Assembly (NCBI GenBank): GCA_963702025.1
Contig: OY969699.1
Coordinates: 1,408,001-1,472,000 of the forward strand
Length of the DNA: 64,000 nucleotides
From: an uncultured bacterium
GTDB lineage: Bacteria; Babelota; Babeliae; Babelales; Vermiphilaceae
Direction of reading: 5' to 3'
Below are positions 38,597 to 48,030 of this stretch, one piece after another (within the stretch, counting starts at the first letter, position 1; each line of letters begins with the position of its first letter). The notes beneath the pieces were generated by a model. The model was given only the letters and a program-made list of their open reading frames with translations. It did no database searches and was not told where the DNA came from. The translations under genes were made by a program, and so were the position numbers.

Positions 38597-39958
38597 CTAT
38601 TTTGATTCATCTTCTTTCAAGTAATTCTCAGCTAATTCTTTCCAATTAATCGCCTTTGGCTGTCTTTTTTGCGCTTTGTGCAATTCAACTTCACGGCGAA
38701 GATCTTCAAATTGTTGTATGCGGGCTTCGAAAAGAGGGTGTGTACTTTTAAATGTTTCTTTCTTCGGAGCTTCCAGCAAGTACTCCTCTGCACTCATTGT
38801 CCCTCTGTTTCCCCAGGCTATTGCATCATCGATAGGAATGCCAAATTCTATAATCGCAAATCTATCTGCTTCTAATTCTTGGGTTCTGCTATATGCATGC
38901 TCAAAGCTTTCTTTAAATGGTAGATGCTCACTAGTTTTTTTCTCTTTTTTAAATTCTTCAATTGCAGCCTTTTGCAAAACTGAATGGGTTAAAGTCTGAG
39001 GCTCAAATAAGTGGCCTAATGCAAAATGTCCCAATTCATGCGCTATAACAAAGCGAAGCTCACCAATAGGTTGTTTTGTTGTGCTAGCGCCTATCCTAAT
39101 AAGCGGTAAACCATCTTTGGGTGAAGAATAAACTAATGCGATATCATCTATATAATTTCTTTTAATGTGATCAGATCCGGTTGGATCGACTGCTAGTATT
39201 GCTTCATATAATGAGGACGCAAAGGATTTAATTACCTCCAATATTTGCATGCGCTCGCTTTCGGTAATAGCAGGTGTTTTGGCTACCGTATCATTATATT
39301 GCCTAAGATACCCTGATAGACTTTCTTTTTGCGCTTCTTGGTCATAATATTTTATCCCCGGATCAAATATAATAACCGGATATCCATAAATTTCATCACT
39401 CCCCTGAATCCCTGCTGCTTTCGGATCCACTGCCATTTCCAGGCATGGCTTGCCATTTGCTGCTTCGCATTTTCTAAGTGTTTCATATCCTTGAGGATTA
39501 ATGTGCTGAATAATCTTCATCCAATATTCGTATTCATCTTTGGGGAATGAATAATCTTCTTTCTGCGCATATTTTTCAGATATAAAATCAAGACCTGGCT
39601 TAAAGGCCAAGTATTTGGCAGCCATTAAGAATGCAAAGTTATCTTTAATCGGAATCTCTTGCTCTGCCTTCTTAAGAAATTGTTTTTCATTGAGATTTTT
39701 ATGTTGATAAAGCAGTTGCATTAATTGTGCAATTTCTGCCAGTACTTCCCCTGAAATACTAAGATACGCACTCCCATAGTCTCGGAGGATGTTTGCAAAG
39801 ACCTCTGATTTTTGTGCAATTTCAAAAGGAACTTTAAATTCTTTTTTATCAGAGCTTATCAGCGTCACCATGGCTGGAGCTTGCGGTGGCAGCTCCATGG
39901 CATTGAGCATGGCGCTCAAACCCAATACGATAAATATGATTGATAGTTGTAGCTTCAT
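38597..39958 (-). CDS. Secreted Skp1/BTB-like domain fused to M48-like metallopeptidase
   Basis: Leader ...MLNA|MEL; VTLISSDKKEFKV...FLMAAKYL; HELGH, QELEADRFA, STHP..RI. Confidence 0.85.
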   Translation of the reverse strand: MKLQLSIIFIVLGLSAMLNAMELPPQAPAMVTLISSDKKEFKVPFEIAQKSEVFANILRDYGSAYLSISGEVLAEIAQLMQLLYQHKNLNEKQFLKKAEQEIPIKDNFAFLMAAKYLAFKPGLDFISEKYAQKEDYSFPKDEYEYWMKIIQHINPQGYETLRKCEAANGKPCLEMAVDPKAAGIQGSDEIYGYPVIIFDPGIKYYDQEAQKESLSGYLRQYNDTVAKTPAITESERMQILEVIKSFASSLYEAILAVDPTGSDHIKRNYIDDIALVYSSPKDGLPLIRIGASTTKQPIGELRFVIAHELGHFALGHLFEPQTLTHSVLQKAAIEEFKKEKKTSEHLPFKESFEHAYSRTQELEADRFAIIEFGIPIDDAIAWGNRGTMSAEEYLLEAPKKETFKSTHPLFEARIQQFEDLRREVELHKAQKRQPKAINWKELAENYLKEDESK

Positions 39959-41305
39959 TAATTACCGCTTTCTTTATTCTTCAACATTTCTTCTAATTCA
40001 TTATGTAAATAGGTCGGCAAAAGATTTTTTGCTCTTTCAAGAGTTATTTTGCCCTCTTTCACCCACTGTGCCACGTTTTTTACTGATTTGAATTCTGCTT
40101 GCGCTATATCTGATGTTTCGAGCAGTTCTTGTTTAGTTTCAAGATTTAACGCTTCCACTCTCGCTATATGCTTCTTTTCTTCCGGCATCATCGGCCTTTT
40201 TTCGATTCTAAACCCAAGCTCATTAAGCTTAGCTTTTTCAACGTCTAAAAAAGATCGCGTTTTCATTTTTCTTATCTCACCAGATTCTGTTTTTGTGAGC
40301 CCCTTTGTTAATATTTTTTCAATCTCCGCAAATTCTTTTATCGCATTATCCATAAAAACAGACTTTTTATCTTGGTTTAAGCGCTTGGCTTTCTCGCTTA
40401 ATTCTTTTGTCCAATCAAGCATGGTTTTACCATTTTTGTCCGTGATGCTCATAATACTGCCATGCCCTTTAATCACTTCTACACTCTCATCCATATGTGT
40501 TCCCTCCGGCAACCAATTAACATAGGTCTTGAGTAAATAGTATAGGTGACGACCGCCATCATATTTTGCCAACGCGAAAGCCTCTTCGACTGCGATTACG
40601 TAGGCAGCGATATGGAGGGCCACATGTGCTTCTTGTGGGGTATATCTTTTACCATGGATTGTACTTTTGTATGTACCTTCTCTTTCTTCTGCAATAAATG
40701 GGCCATAGTTTTTATAGCGCTTTGAAAGATTATTAAATCTAATCTGTGGCCCCTTAAGATTTTCAAGCACGTTATATATTCCATATTCTACTATTGTCAG
40801 TTCCTGGATAGCCTCTTTCAGTTCATAGGTAGCCGTTTGCCGCTCATAGATAGCCATTATCCGTTCATAGGTACCCGTTTTCAGTTCATCGGTATCATAC
40901 GGAGGCGTTCCTTCTGCCAACATCATCCCTATCGCATCCAGATCATACCGAAAGCTAAGCTCAAGCTCTCCCTCAATAATGCGCGGTGGCATCCCTTCAT
41001 TATTAAGTTTATTTTTAAAATCAGGATCAGCAGCAATAGCATTCTCAACAAAGGTTTTTATCGCCTGGAGTTGCCCAGTAAGATCTTTTATCTCTTTAAC
41101 TAATGCGTTCAGAGTATTTGTATCCTTTTCAGGGTTAATTCTGATACTTTTGTCTCTAATTTCCCTTACATTTTTGGTCAAATGTTGCACCATATCAGTC
41201 AAGTTTTTTATTCACATCTTTATTTCCACCAACAGGCAGCTCCATGGCATTGAGCAGGGTGCTCATGCTCAGGATGGCGAGAACAATGTTTTTTGACAGA
41301 TTCAT
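39958..41305 (-). pseudogene. Secreted helical protein split by a frameshift in an A6 run
   Basis: AAGGA RBS and leader MNLSKNIVLAILSMSTLLNA|MELP at 41305; frame break at 41204-41209; 414-aa body continues to 39958. Confidence 0.75.
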
Positions 41306-41319
41306 AGGACTTCCTTTAT

Positions 41320-42312
41320 TTATTGCAAACTTTTTAACATTTCTTCTAATTGTTTCTGTAAATCAGCGGGAAGTTTTTTCTTCGCTTGTTCAAGCGTGAT
41401 TTGACCGCTTTTAATTTGCTGTGCAACTGCTTTCAATGATTGCTGGCGCAACGAGGGAGCTTGCACATACTTTGCTAGTAATTCGATTATTGGTTGATAT
41501 TTTTCAGATTCAGTAGGGTGCGCTTTTATTATTTCTTCTAAACTTTCTATTAATGTTTTGTCTGAAAGAAGACCTATTTTTGGATTAGGGTTAGCGCCCG
41601 CCTCAAGCAGCATTTTAATAATTGGATAATTTTTTGCCTCTACTGCTTTTTCTAAAATAGTATAATACCTTCCGTGTGAACTATATGCATACGTATTAAG
41701 ATCTGCCCCGGCTTCTAGCAGCTTTTTGAATAGCACTGGATCATTATTTTCTAAAGCTGCATTAAGAGGGCTCGAAGAACCATACCGTTCTGAAATCATA
41801 TAACTAGGATTAGGAGTAAAGCCTATATCAAGAAACAACATAAGCATCTCTCGAGATCCGGGATTTCGAAGATCCTGTATGAATGACTTAAAAATTTGTT
41901 CGAGATCAATAGATAGTTTTGGATGTGATTTAAACCACTGTTGTGCTTGCGCGGTAGAAAACCATCGTTTTGCACCCGGAGTTTTTAACGCAAGTGCTAC
42001 TGTAATACGATCTCCATTAGTCCATTTAGTAGCAAGATCGGTAATAAGGTTATTAGTAATACTTGCATCATTAATCAGCTGATTGAATTGTTTGTCAACA
42101 AGTGTTAATGCTCTGATTGTTTGAATTGCAGTTCCTAATGAATCAGAATTTGTTATGTCATTAGTAATTTGAGCTTGTAACTCTGTAGGCAATCCCGATA
42201 AAGATAATAGTGATGGTTCAATAGTGCGTGGTTTCTCCATAGAAAAAATAGATGCATTTTTGGTAAGAGATAGTATAACGAGAAGCATTATGGTGTATTT
42301 GACGGCATTCAT
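41320..42312 (-). CDS. Secreted F-box-like plus ankyrin protein with C-terminal SOCS/BC-box-like tail
   Basis: Leader ...SIFS|MEK; LSGLPTELQAQI; SPLNAAL..KLLEAGAD; APSLRQQSLKAV...LPADLQKQL. Confidence 0.82.
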   Translation of the reverse strand: MNAVKYTIMLLVILSLTKNASIFSMEKPRTIEPSLLSLSGLPTELQAQITNDITNSDSLGTAIQTIRALTLVDKQFNQLINDASITNNLITDLATKWTNGDRITVALALKTPGAKRWFSTAQAQQWFKSHPKLSIDLEQIFKSFIQDLRNPGSREMLMLFLDIGFTPNPSYMISERYGSSSPLNAALENNDPVLFKKLLEAGADLNTYAYSSHGRYYTILEKAVEAKNYPIIKMLLEAGANPNPKIGLLSDKTLIESLEEIIKAHPTESEKYQPIIELLAKYVQAPSLRQQSLKAVAQQIKSGQITLEQAKKKLPADLQKQLEEMLKSLQ

Positions 42313-42536
42313 TTTTATCCCCAAAGAACATTGTTCTGTATAAAATTTACCATTAATTATTTCTATTTGAATTATATCATATGACTGATCCTGCTTACAA
42401 GAAAAAAGCAAAAAAACCAGCAGGCATGCTTAAAAGGCTTATAATAAAGGCATTTTTAACCTTGATATCCCCTAAAAACCTGCTATTCTTTGCATATGCT
42501 TTTCGATCGTTTTACCCCCCAATTTGAGCAGTTCTC

Positions 42537-43004
42537 ATGAGTACTATTGCCATCCGCCCCTTTAAATCTTTAGATTTGCCTGCAGTAATACAGCTCTTTA
42601 AAGAAGCAGTTGCTGCCATCAATATCCAGCATTATTCGCCTGAACAAATAGCCGTTTGGACGGACATCGACAGCGAACGCTGGCTAAAAAAGTTAGAACA
42701 GAACATTGCATTTGTTGCTGAAATGGATTCAACAATTGTCGGATTTGCCGATATATCCCATGAAGGCTATCTTGACCGCATGTATGTGCATAAAGATTAT
42801 CAAGCGAGATGGGTATCCCTGCATCTTTTTAAAGCTATAGAAAAAGCAGCGCGAGAGCTTGGCCTTACCAAAATTACTACTGATTGCAGCATCACCGCCA
42901 AAGTGCCTGCCGAACGTATGGGCTTTAAAGTGGTAAAGGAGCAGATCGTGGAGAAAAATGGGGTGCAATTTACCAACTATCATATGGAAAAGAAATTAGT
43001 TTAA
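42537..43004 (+). CDS. GNAT acetyltransferase (YafP-like)
   Basis: Near-duplicate of 24423..24884. Confidence 0.9.
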   Translation: MSTIAIRPFKSLDLPAVIQLFKEAVAAINIQHYSPEQIAVWTDIDSERWLKKLEQNIAFVAEMDSTIVGFADISHEGYLDRMYVHKDYQARWVSLHLFKAIEKAARELGLTKITTDCSITAKVPAERMGFKVVKEQIVEKNGVQFTNYHMEKKLV

Positions 43005-43030
43005 GGCATAGATTTTAAAGAGGAATCACC

Positions 43031-43579
43031 ATGAAAAAATTGTTAATTGCTTCAATTATTGGATTATTACCGGCAGTAATTTCTGCATCTGAAAGAAAAA
43101 TTAATTGCGATGACTTTGCAAAACATATTGAAAATGAGCTTAAGAAGAAAGAACATGGTATGAATGGTTTTTATGGTGCGTATTATTACCAGAAAACAAA
43201 TTTTTTCGGCATGCCTGTTGGCAAGCCTGAGCTTTGCACTTCTTATTTCATTAATGGCACATGTGAGGTAACGTATAAAAAAAGAAATTGTAAAGCAGCA
43301 GGTGAAGAGGGTGATTCTTATGCAATAATACTTTTGCCTGGCAGAATTGCGCTCTTTAAGCAATATCATAATGCTCTTAAGCAATGCGCAGAAACCTCTG
43401 AAGACTCCTGCCCATTAGCAGCGCAAACCATGCGTAAACTTGAAGAAAAAATGGATATGTGTTCGCAATGCATTGATTTATACAATCAAGGCAAGGCTGA
43501 AGCATCAAAAAAAGATAAAGAAGAAAAAGTAAGAAAAGATGCTTTTGATAAATTAATTAATGATACCAATAAAAAATAG
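43031..43579 (+). CDS. Secreted Cys-containing hypothetical protein
   Basis: AGGA RBS; leader ...VISA|SER. Confidence 0.75.
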   Translation: MKKLLIASIIGLLPAVISASERKINCDDFAKHIENELKKKEHGMNGFYGAYYYQKTNFFGMPVGKPELCTSYFINGTCEVTYKKRNCKAAGEEGDSYAIILLPGRIALFKQYHNALKQCAETSEDSCPLAAQTMRKLEEKMDMCSQCIDLYNQGKAEASKKDKEEKVRKDAFDKLINDTNKK

Positions 43580-43822
43580 AGACCCGCTTTCATAGGGAAA
43601 TCTCGAAACCTCGCTTGATTTTTGCCCTGACTGGCTTTATCATTACAATAATGTTCACTTTTATGAGAAGGCACTGTGCCATGAAAACCGTCACTGTTCG
43701 AGCATAACTTGCTCACCAATCTTTATCGTTAATTATCCTGTTTGTTTCTATTAAAAAAACCAAACACGGCTACCAATTTTCTAATTTATCTTTTCTATTA
43801 TTTTTGTTTGTGGAGTCATACC

Positions 43823-44572
43823 ATGACCAATGTTTTGCTGCAGATTCAAAACATTACTAAAACGTATAAAGTTACCAATAAAACAATTAATGCCCTTAAA
43901 GGAGTTTCACTTGATATTTATAATGGCGAAGTTCTTGGCTTGCTCGGCGTAAACGGCGCCGGTAAATCCACCCTTTCATCTATTATTGCAACACTGCATC
44001 CGGCAACAAGCGGCGATATTTTATATAAAAACAGCTCTATCTATAATGATCTACCCAGTTTTCGTATGCGCTTAGGCTATTGTCCGCAAAAGCCTAATCT
44101 AAATCCGAATCTTACACTCGAGCAAAACTTACTGTTTGCCGGAAGATTGTATGGAATGAATGATGATCAGATTGCAGATCGCATTATTGTACTTGCAAAG
44201 CGATTTGGACTAGAAAGCTATCTAGGTCAAAAAGCTGAGGTTCTTTCCGGCGGCTATAAACAACGCTTTATGATCGCCCGCAGTCTCATTCATAACCCGG
44301 AATTTATTATTCTTGATGAGCCAACGGTGGGCCTTGATCCGCATATCAGGCGCAGTTTATGGGATGTGATTAGAGAGCTTAAAAAAGATGGCATCACCGT
44401 CTTGCTTACCACCCACTATCTTGATGAGGCTGAAAAACTCTCTGATCGTGTGGTGATCCTCGATCAAGGACTTATTAAACTCATCGATACCCCTGATAAA
44501 TTGATGGCCGATTTTAAACAGAAGAATCTTGAAGACGTTTTCCTAGAACTAATGAATACCAATAAAGAATAA
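43823..44572 (+). CDS. ABC-2 type exporter ATP-binding subunit
   Basis: GVNGAGKST, LSGG, ILDEPTVGLDP, TTHYLDEAE. Confidence 0.95.
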   Translation: MTNVLLQIQNITKTYKVTNKTINALKGVSLDIYNGEVLGLLGVNGAGKSTLSSIIATLHPATSGDILYKNSSIYNDLPSFRMRLGYCPQKPNLNPNLTLEQNLLFAGRLYGMNDDQIADRIIVLAKRFGLESYLGQKAEVLSGGYKQRFMIARSLIHNPEFIILDEPTVGLDPHIRRSLWDVIRELKKDGITVLLTTHYLDEAEKLSDRVVILDQGLIKLIDTPDKLMADFKQKNLEDVFLELMNTNKE

Positions 44573-44583
44573 AGAGTATTATT

Positions 44584-45372
44584 ATGCAAAAAGTTTCATA
44601 TTTTACCGTATGCAAAAATCTGATCAAAGCTGATTTGATCAGATTTAAGCAAATGTTTTTAGATAAATTTATCGATCTTTCTATTTGGGTTGTACTCACC
44701 ACGATTGTTACTGCTTACATAATGCCCTATTTTGGACTTACCGTTGATTTTGGTGTGTTCCAATTAGGCGGCCTTATTGCGGCAACAGGACTTCTTGAAA
44801 TGGGCAATAGCAATACGGTTGAATTAGTTTCCGATTTTGAAGGGGATCGTGTGATTAGTTTTAATCTCACACTTCCTATTCCTTCATGGCTGGCGCTCGT
44901 AAGCAAAGCGGGATATTATTTTATTATTTATACCATTTTATCTCTGCTCATGCTTCCGATTGGCAAATTATGCTTGTGGAATCAATTCGATCTAGCCAGC
45001 GTACACTATCCTAAATTTATTTTGGCAATTTTTGCCCTAAACCTGTTCTACGCTAGTTTTGCATTATGGATGGCAAGTATCGTGCCTAATATAAATAAAA
45101 TGGGCCAAGTATGGATGCGTTTCATTTTCCCGTTATGGTTTTTGGGCGGTTTTCAATTTTCTTGGATGGCAAGCTATAAAACTATTCCTTCATTTGCGAT
45201 GGTAAATTTGATCAATCCGATGATCTATACTACTGAAGCCGTGCGGGTAGCATTATTAGGGCAAAAAGGCTTTATCAACTTTTGGCTTTGTATATTGGCC
45301 ATCTTATTTTTTGCCAGCATATCACTCTATTTAGGAATCACCAATCTGAGAAAAAGGCTTGATTTTATTTAA
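44584..45372 (+). CDS. ABC-2 type permease
   Basis: About six TM helices; INPMIYTTEAVR; adjacent to the ATPase. Confidence 0.9.
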   Translation: MQKVSYFTVCKNLIKADLIRFKQMFLDKFIDLSIWVVLTTIVTAYIMPYFGLTVDFGVFQLGGLIAATGLLEMGNSNTVELVSDFEGDRVISFNLTLPIPSWLALVSKAGYYFIIYTILSLLMLPIGKLCLWNQFDLASVHYPKFILAIFALNLFYASFALWMASIVPNINKMGQVWMRFIFPLWFLGGFQFSWMASYKTIPSFAMVNLINPMIYTTEAVRVALLGQKGFINFWLCILAILFFASISLYLGITNLRKRLDFI

Positions 45373-45486
45373 AAATACCATTTACAGGGAAAGTTTATGC
45401 AAATCACTACATAAACCTTATGCAAATCCATACATCGATGATAGAATTTTCATAAAACTATACGGATCAAAAAGTAAGGTAACTTT

Positions 45487-46299
45487 ATGAAATTGCCACC
45501 TCATCAAAGTGCAAAACCATCGCATTATAATAAAGAAGCTGAAAGCTATGATGCTTTTAATGAGGCTCGATCTGTATTGATTAATTCGACTCTCGAAAAG
45601 ATACTTAAAAAATATAATGTTAACACCGTTCTTGATCTCACGTGTGGCACCGGCTCTCAAGTTTTCTGGCTTATCAAATGCGGCTTTGGCGTAGTTGGCT
45701 CTGATATTAATGCTAAAATGCTCAAGATTGCACAAGATAAAGCAAAGAAGGAGAAATTAGATCTCCAGTTTATCAAAGGCGATATGCGCACCGTGCATGT
45801 TGGCGAGTTTGATGCCGTTATTACCATATTCAATGCAATAGGGCATTTGACTAAAGCAGATTTTGAAAAAGCATTACACAATATACATCGGAATTTGAAG
45901 AATGATGGCCTTTATATTTTTGATATTGCCAACCTCAATTATTTTTTAAACGATAATCACATTTGCGATCTCACTATAGATTGGGTAACGGTTACTGATG
46001 ATACCCGATTTCGCGATATTCAATATAGCATCATCGACACCGAGGGAATTCTTACATTTTATACTACCTCAATTGTTCAAAAAAGGGCCTCGCCCGGCGT
46101 AGCTCAGGGAGCGCAGACGGGTTCTGAAAAGCCAAAGATTTCAAAAAGTGTACAAACATTGCAACTTTATTCTGCTGATCAACTTAAAGAGATACTAAGC
46201 AAGCATGGTTTTAAAGTTCTCAATCAATGCGGAATCGATGGATCAAAATTTATTGAAGATAGAACTGATCGTATTCTTACCGTTGCTCAGAAACAGTAA
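45487..46299 (+). CDS. Class I SAM-dependent methyltransferase
   Basis: VLDLTCGTG, GDMR, FDAVITIFNAIGH, LKNDGLYIFD. Confidence 0.92.
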   Translation: MKLPPHQSAKPSHYNKEAESYDAFNEARSVLINSTLEKILKKYNVNTVLDLTCGTGSQVFWLIKCGFGVVGSDINAKMLKIAQDKAKKEKLDLQFIKGDMRTVHVGEFDAVITIFNAIGHLTKADFEKALHNIHRNLKNDGLYIFDIANLNYFLNDNHICDLTIDWVTVTDDTRFRDIQYSIIDTEGILTFYTTSIVQKRASPGVAQGAQTGSEKPKISKSVQTLQLYSADQLKEILSKHGFKVLNQCGIDGSKFIEDRTDRILTVAQKQ

Positions 46300-46310
46300 T
46301 CGGATAATTT

Positions 46311-47198
46311 CTAAACTGCAAGCGGTTTTTGTTGCGCTAATAATTTACGCGCTTTCTCTTCAGTCAACCACTCTTCATGCTCAACTAAATGCTTCAATTG
46401 CAACGTTGCAACTTCTTTATCAAGCTCTCCGGGTACCAACTGGGCGCCATTATATTGATAACCATGAAATGGAATTCCCCGTTTACGCATTTCATCGGCA
46501 ACCGATTCTACCCGCTCCATACTATCATCAAAGAAAATTACTTGATCAGGCTTCCAGCCTACACGATCAAGAAATGCGCCAAGCACTTGTCCTTTTGATG
46601 CTTGAATGGTGCATAATATGCCATGATAAAGCATAGGGAAATGATCTTCCTCCTGTGGTAACTCATCAAAAATCATATCAGGAAAATCTGCTTTGCTAAA
46701 ATCGATACCAAGCTCTTTAAGTTTATTAAACCGCCATTCCGGCACTGAAGGAATAGTAAAATATGCACCGGTCCACATAGCAGTCAATGCAAGTACTTTA
46801 ACCCCGCGATTTTGCAAGGCCGCAATAGTTTGAACAATGGCAGGCTCAATAAGAAGCGGAACCTCTTGACTTTGCAAAATGCTCAAATAGTAGTCACCTG
46901 AATATTTTGCATTCGCAAAAGCACTGGAAAATAATTCTCCTATCCAAGAACAATCATCTTGATTTTTGATATTAGAACGGAATACTATGCTAGAAGGCTC
47001 AATTAACGTGTCATCTACATCAAAAAGTACCAGTGCATTTTTATTCGCTGCCTTTAGCACATCGGCCGCTTGAGCAAAAGAATCAATCTGCTGAATAGTA
47101 TTAGTTGCAACGTGCGGCTTGTGTATGCAAAAGAGCATTATTGCAAGTAAACCGGCACCAAAAGCGCATAGTAAAATTGATATTTTATTTATCTTCAT
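46311..47198 (-). CDS. HAD-like DUF2608 protein with N-terminal anchor
   Basis: LFDVDDTL, LALTA, SKGQVL, IFFDDS. Confidence 0.85.
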   Translation of the reverse strand: MKINKISILLCAFGAGLLAIMLFCIHKPHVATNTIQQIDSFAQAADVLKAANKNALVLFDVDDTLIEPSSIVFRSNIKNQDDCSWIGELFSSAFANAKYSGDYYLSILQSQEVPLLIEPAIVQTIAALQNRGVKVLALTAMWTGAYFTIPSVPEWRFNKLKELGIDFSKADFPDMIFDELPQEEDHFPMLYHGILCTIQASKGQVLGAFLDRVGWKPDQVIFFDDSMERVESVADEMRKRGIPFHGYQYNGAQLVPGELDKEVATLQLKHLVEHEEWLTEEKARKLLAQQKPLAV

Positions 47199-47327
47199 TG
47201 TTCTCATCTCGCATAGAAAAGGCCGTGCAATGGAGGAACATAAATCTTGCTAAGCAATGTTAGCATATTTTATTAAGATTATGGTAATATTTAACAAAAT
47301 AGTTACTAGTTATAATAACGAGGCTTT

Positions 47328-47648
47328 ATGATGCATCAAAAAGAACTTGAAGAAGCAAAGAAACGCCTGATTGAAACCTATCGCCCCCTTGAAATTTACC
47401 TATTTGGATCCTACGCCTGGGGCACACCTGATGAAGAAAGCGATCTTGACCTCTTGATAGTCATTGATTCATATGACAAAAGTCGACATCAAATGCGCGT
47501 TGAAGGCTACAAAGCCCTTATAAATATAAAAATACCAAAAGAAATTTTACTCTATTCTAAACAAGAGTTCGAAACTTATTCCAAAGATGTCACTCGTCTA
47601 TGCCATAAAGTCAAACTCAAAGGTAAACGAATTTATGCAAAAGCATGA
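47328..47648 (+). CDS. Minimal nucleotidyltransferase (MNT) antitoxin
   Basis: IYLFGSYAWG...ESDLDLLIV. Confidence 0.92.
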   Translation: MMHQKELEEAKKRLIETYRPLEIYLFGSYAWGTPDEESDLDLLIVIDSYDKSRHQMRVEGYKALINIKIPKEILLYSKQEFETYSKDVTRLCHKVKLKGKRIYAKA

Positions 47649-48000
47649 AGAATGGTTATTTATTGCCGAAGATGATCTACGGGGAGCCAAAAAACTAATT
47701 GCGGGCGATGATCCCGTTATTTCACCGGCCATTTTTCACACACAGCAATGCGCGGAGAAAGCACTTAAAGCTTATTTGGCATATAAGAAGCAGCCCCCTA
47801 AAAGAGTGCATGACTTAGTTATGCTTTTAGTAAATTGCATGGAATTTGATAAATCTTTTGAGACCTTATCTGATGATGCACTCGAATTAAATCCTTACCT
47901 ATCGGAAAGCAGATACCCAGATGATGCCTTTGTAATACCGGATTTAACAACGGTAAAAAATGCAATTAAAATCGAGCTGACAAAATACTCACTTTCGTAA
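47635..48000 (+). CDS. HEPN-domain protein, C-terminus possibly truncated
   Basis: EWLFIAEDDL, FHTQQCAEKALKA, HDL, SRYP; overlaps the MNT gene. Confidence 0.9.
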   Translation: MQKHEEWLFIAEDDLRGAKKLIAGDDPVISPAIFHTQQCAEKALKAYLAYKKQPPKRVHDLVMLLVNCMEFDKSFETLSDDALELNPYLSESRYPDDAFVIPDLTTVKNAIKIELTKYSLS

Positions 48001-48030
48001 GAAGCAAAATAAAATAACAGCTTACTTGCA

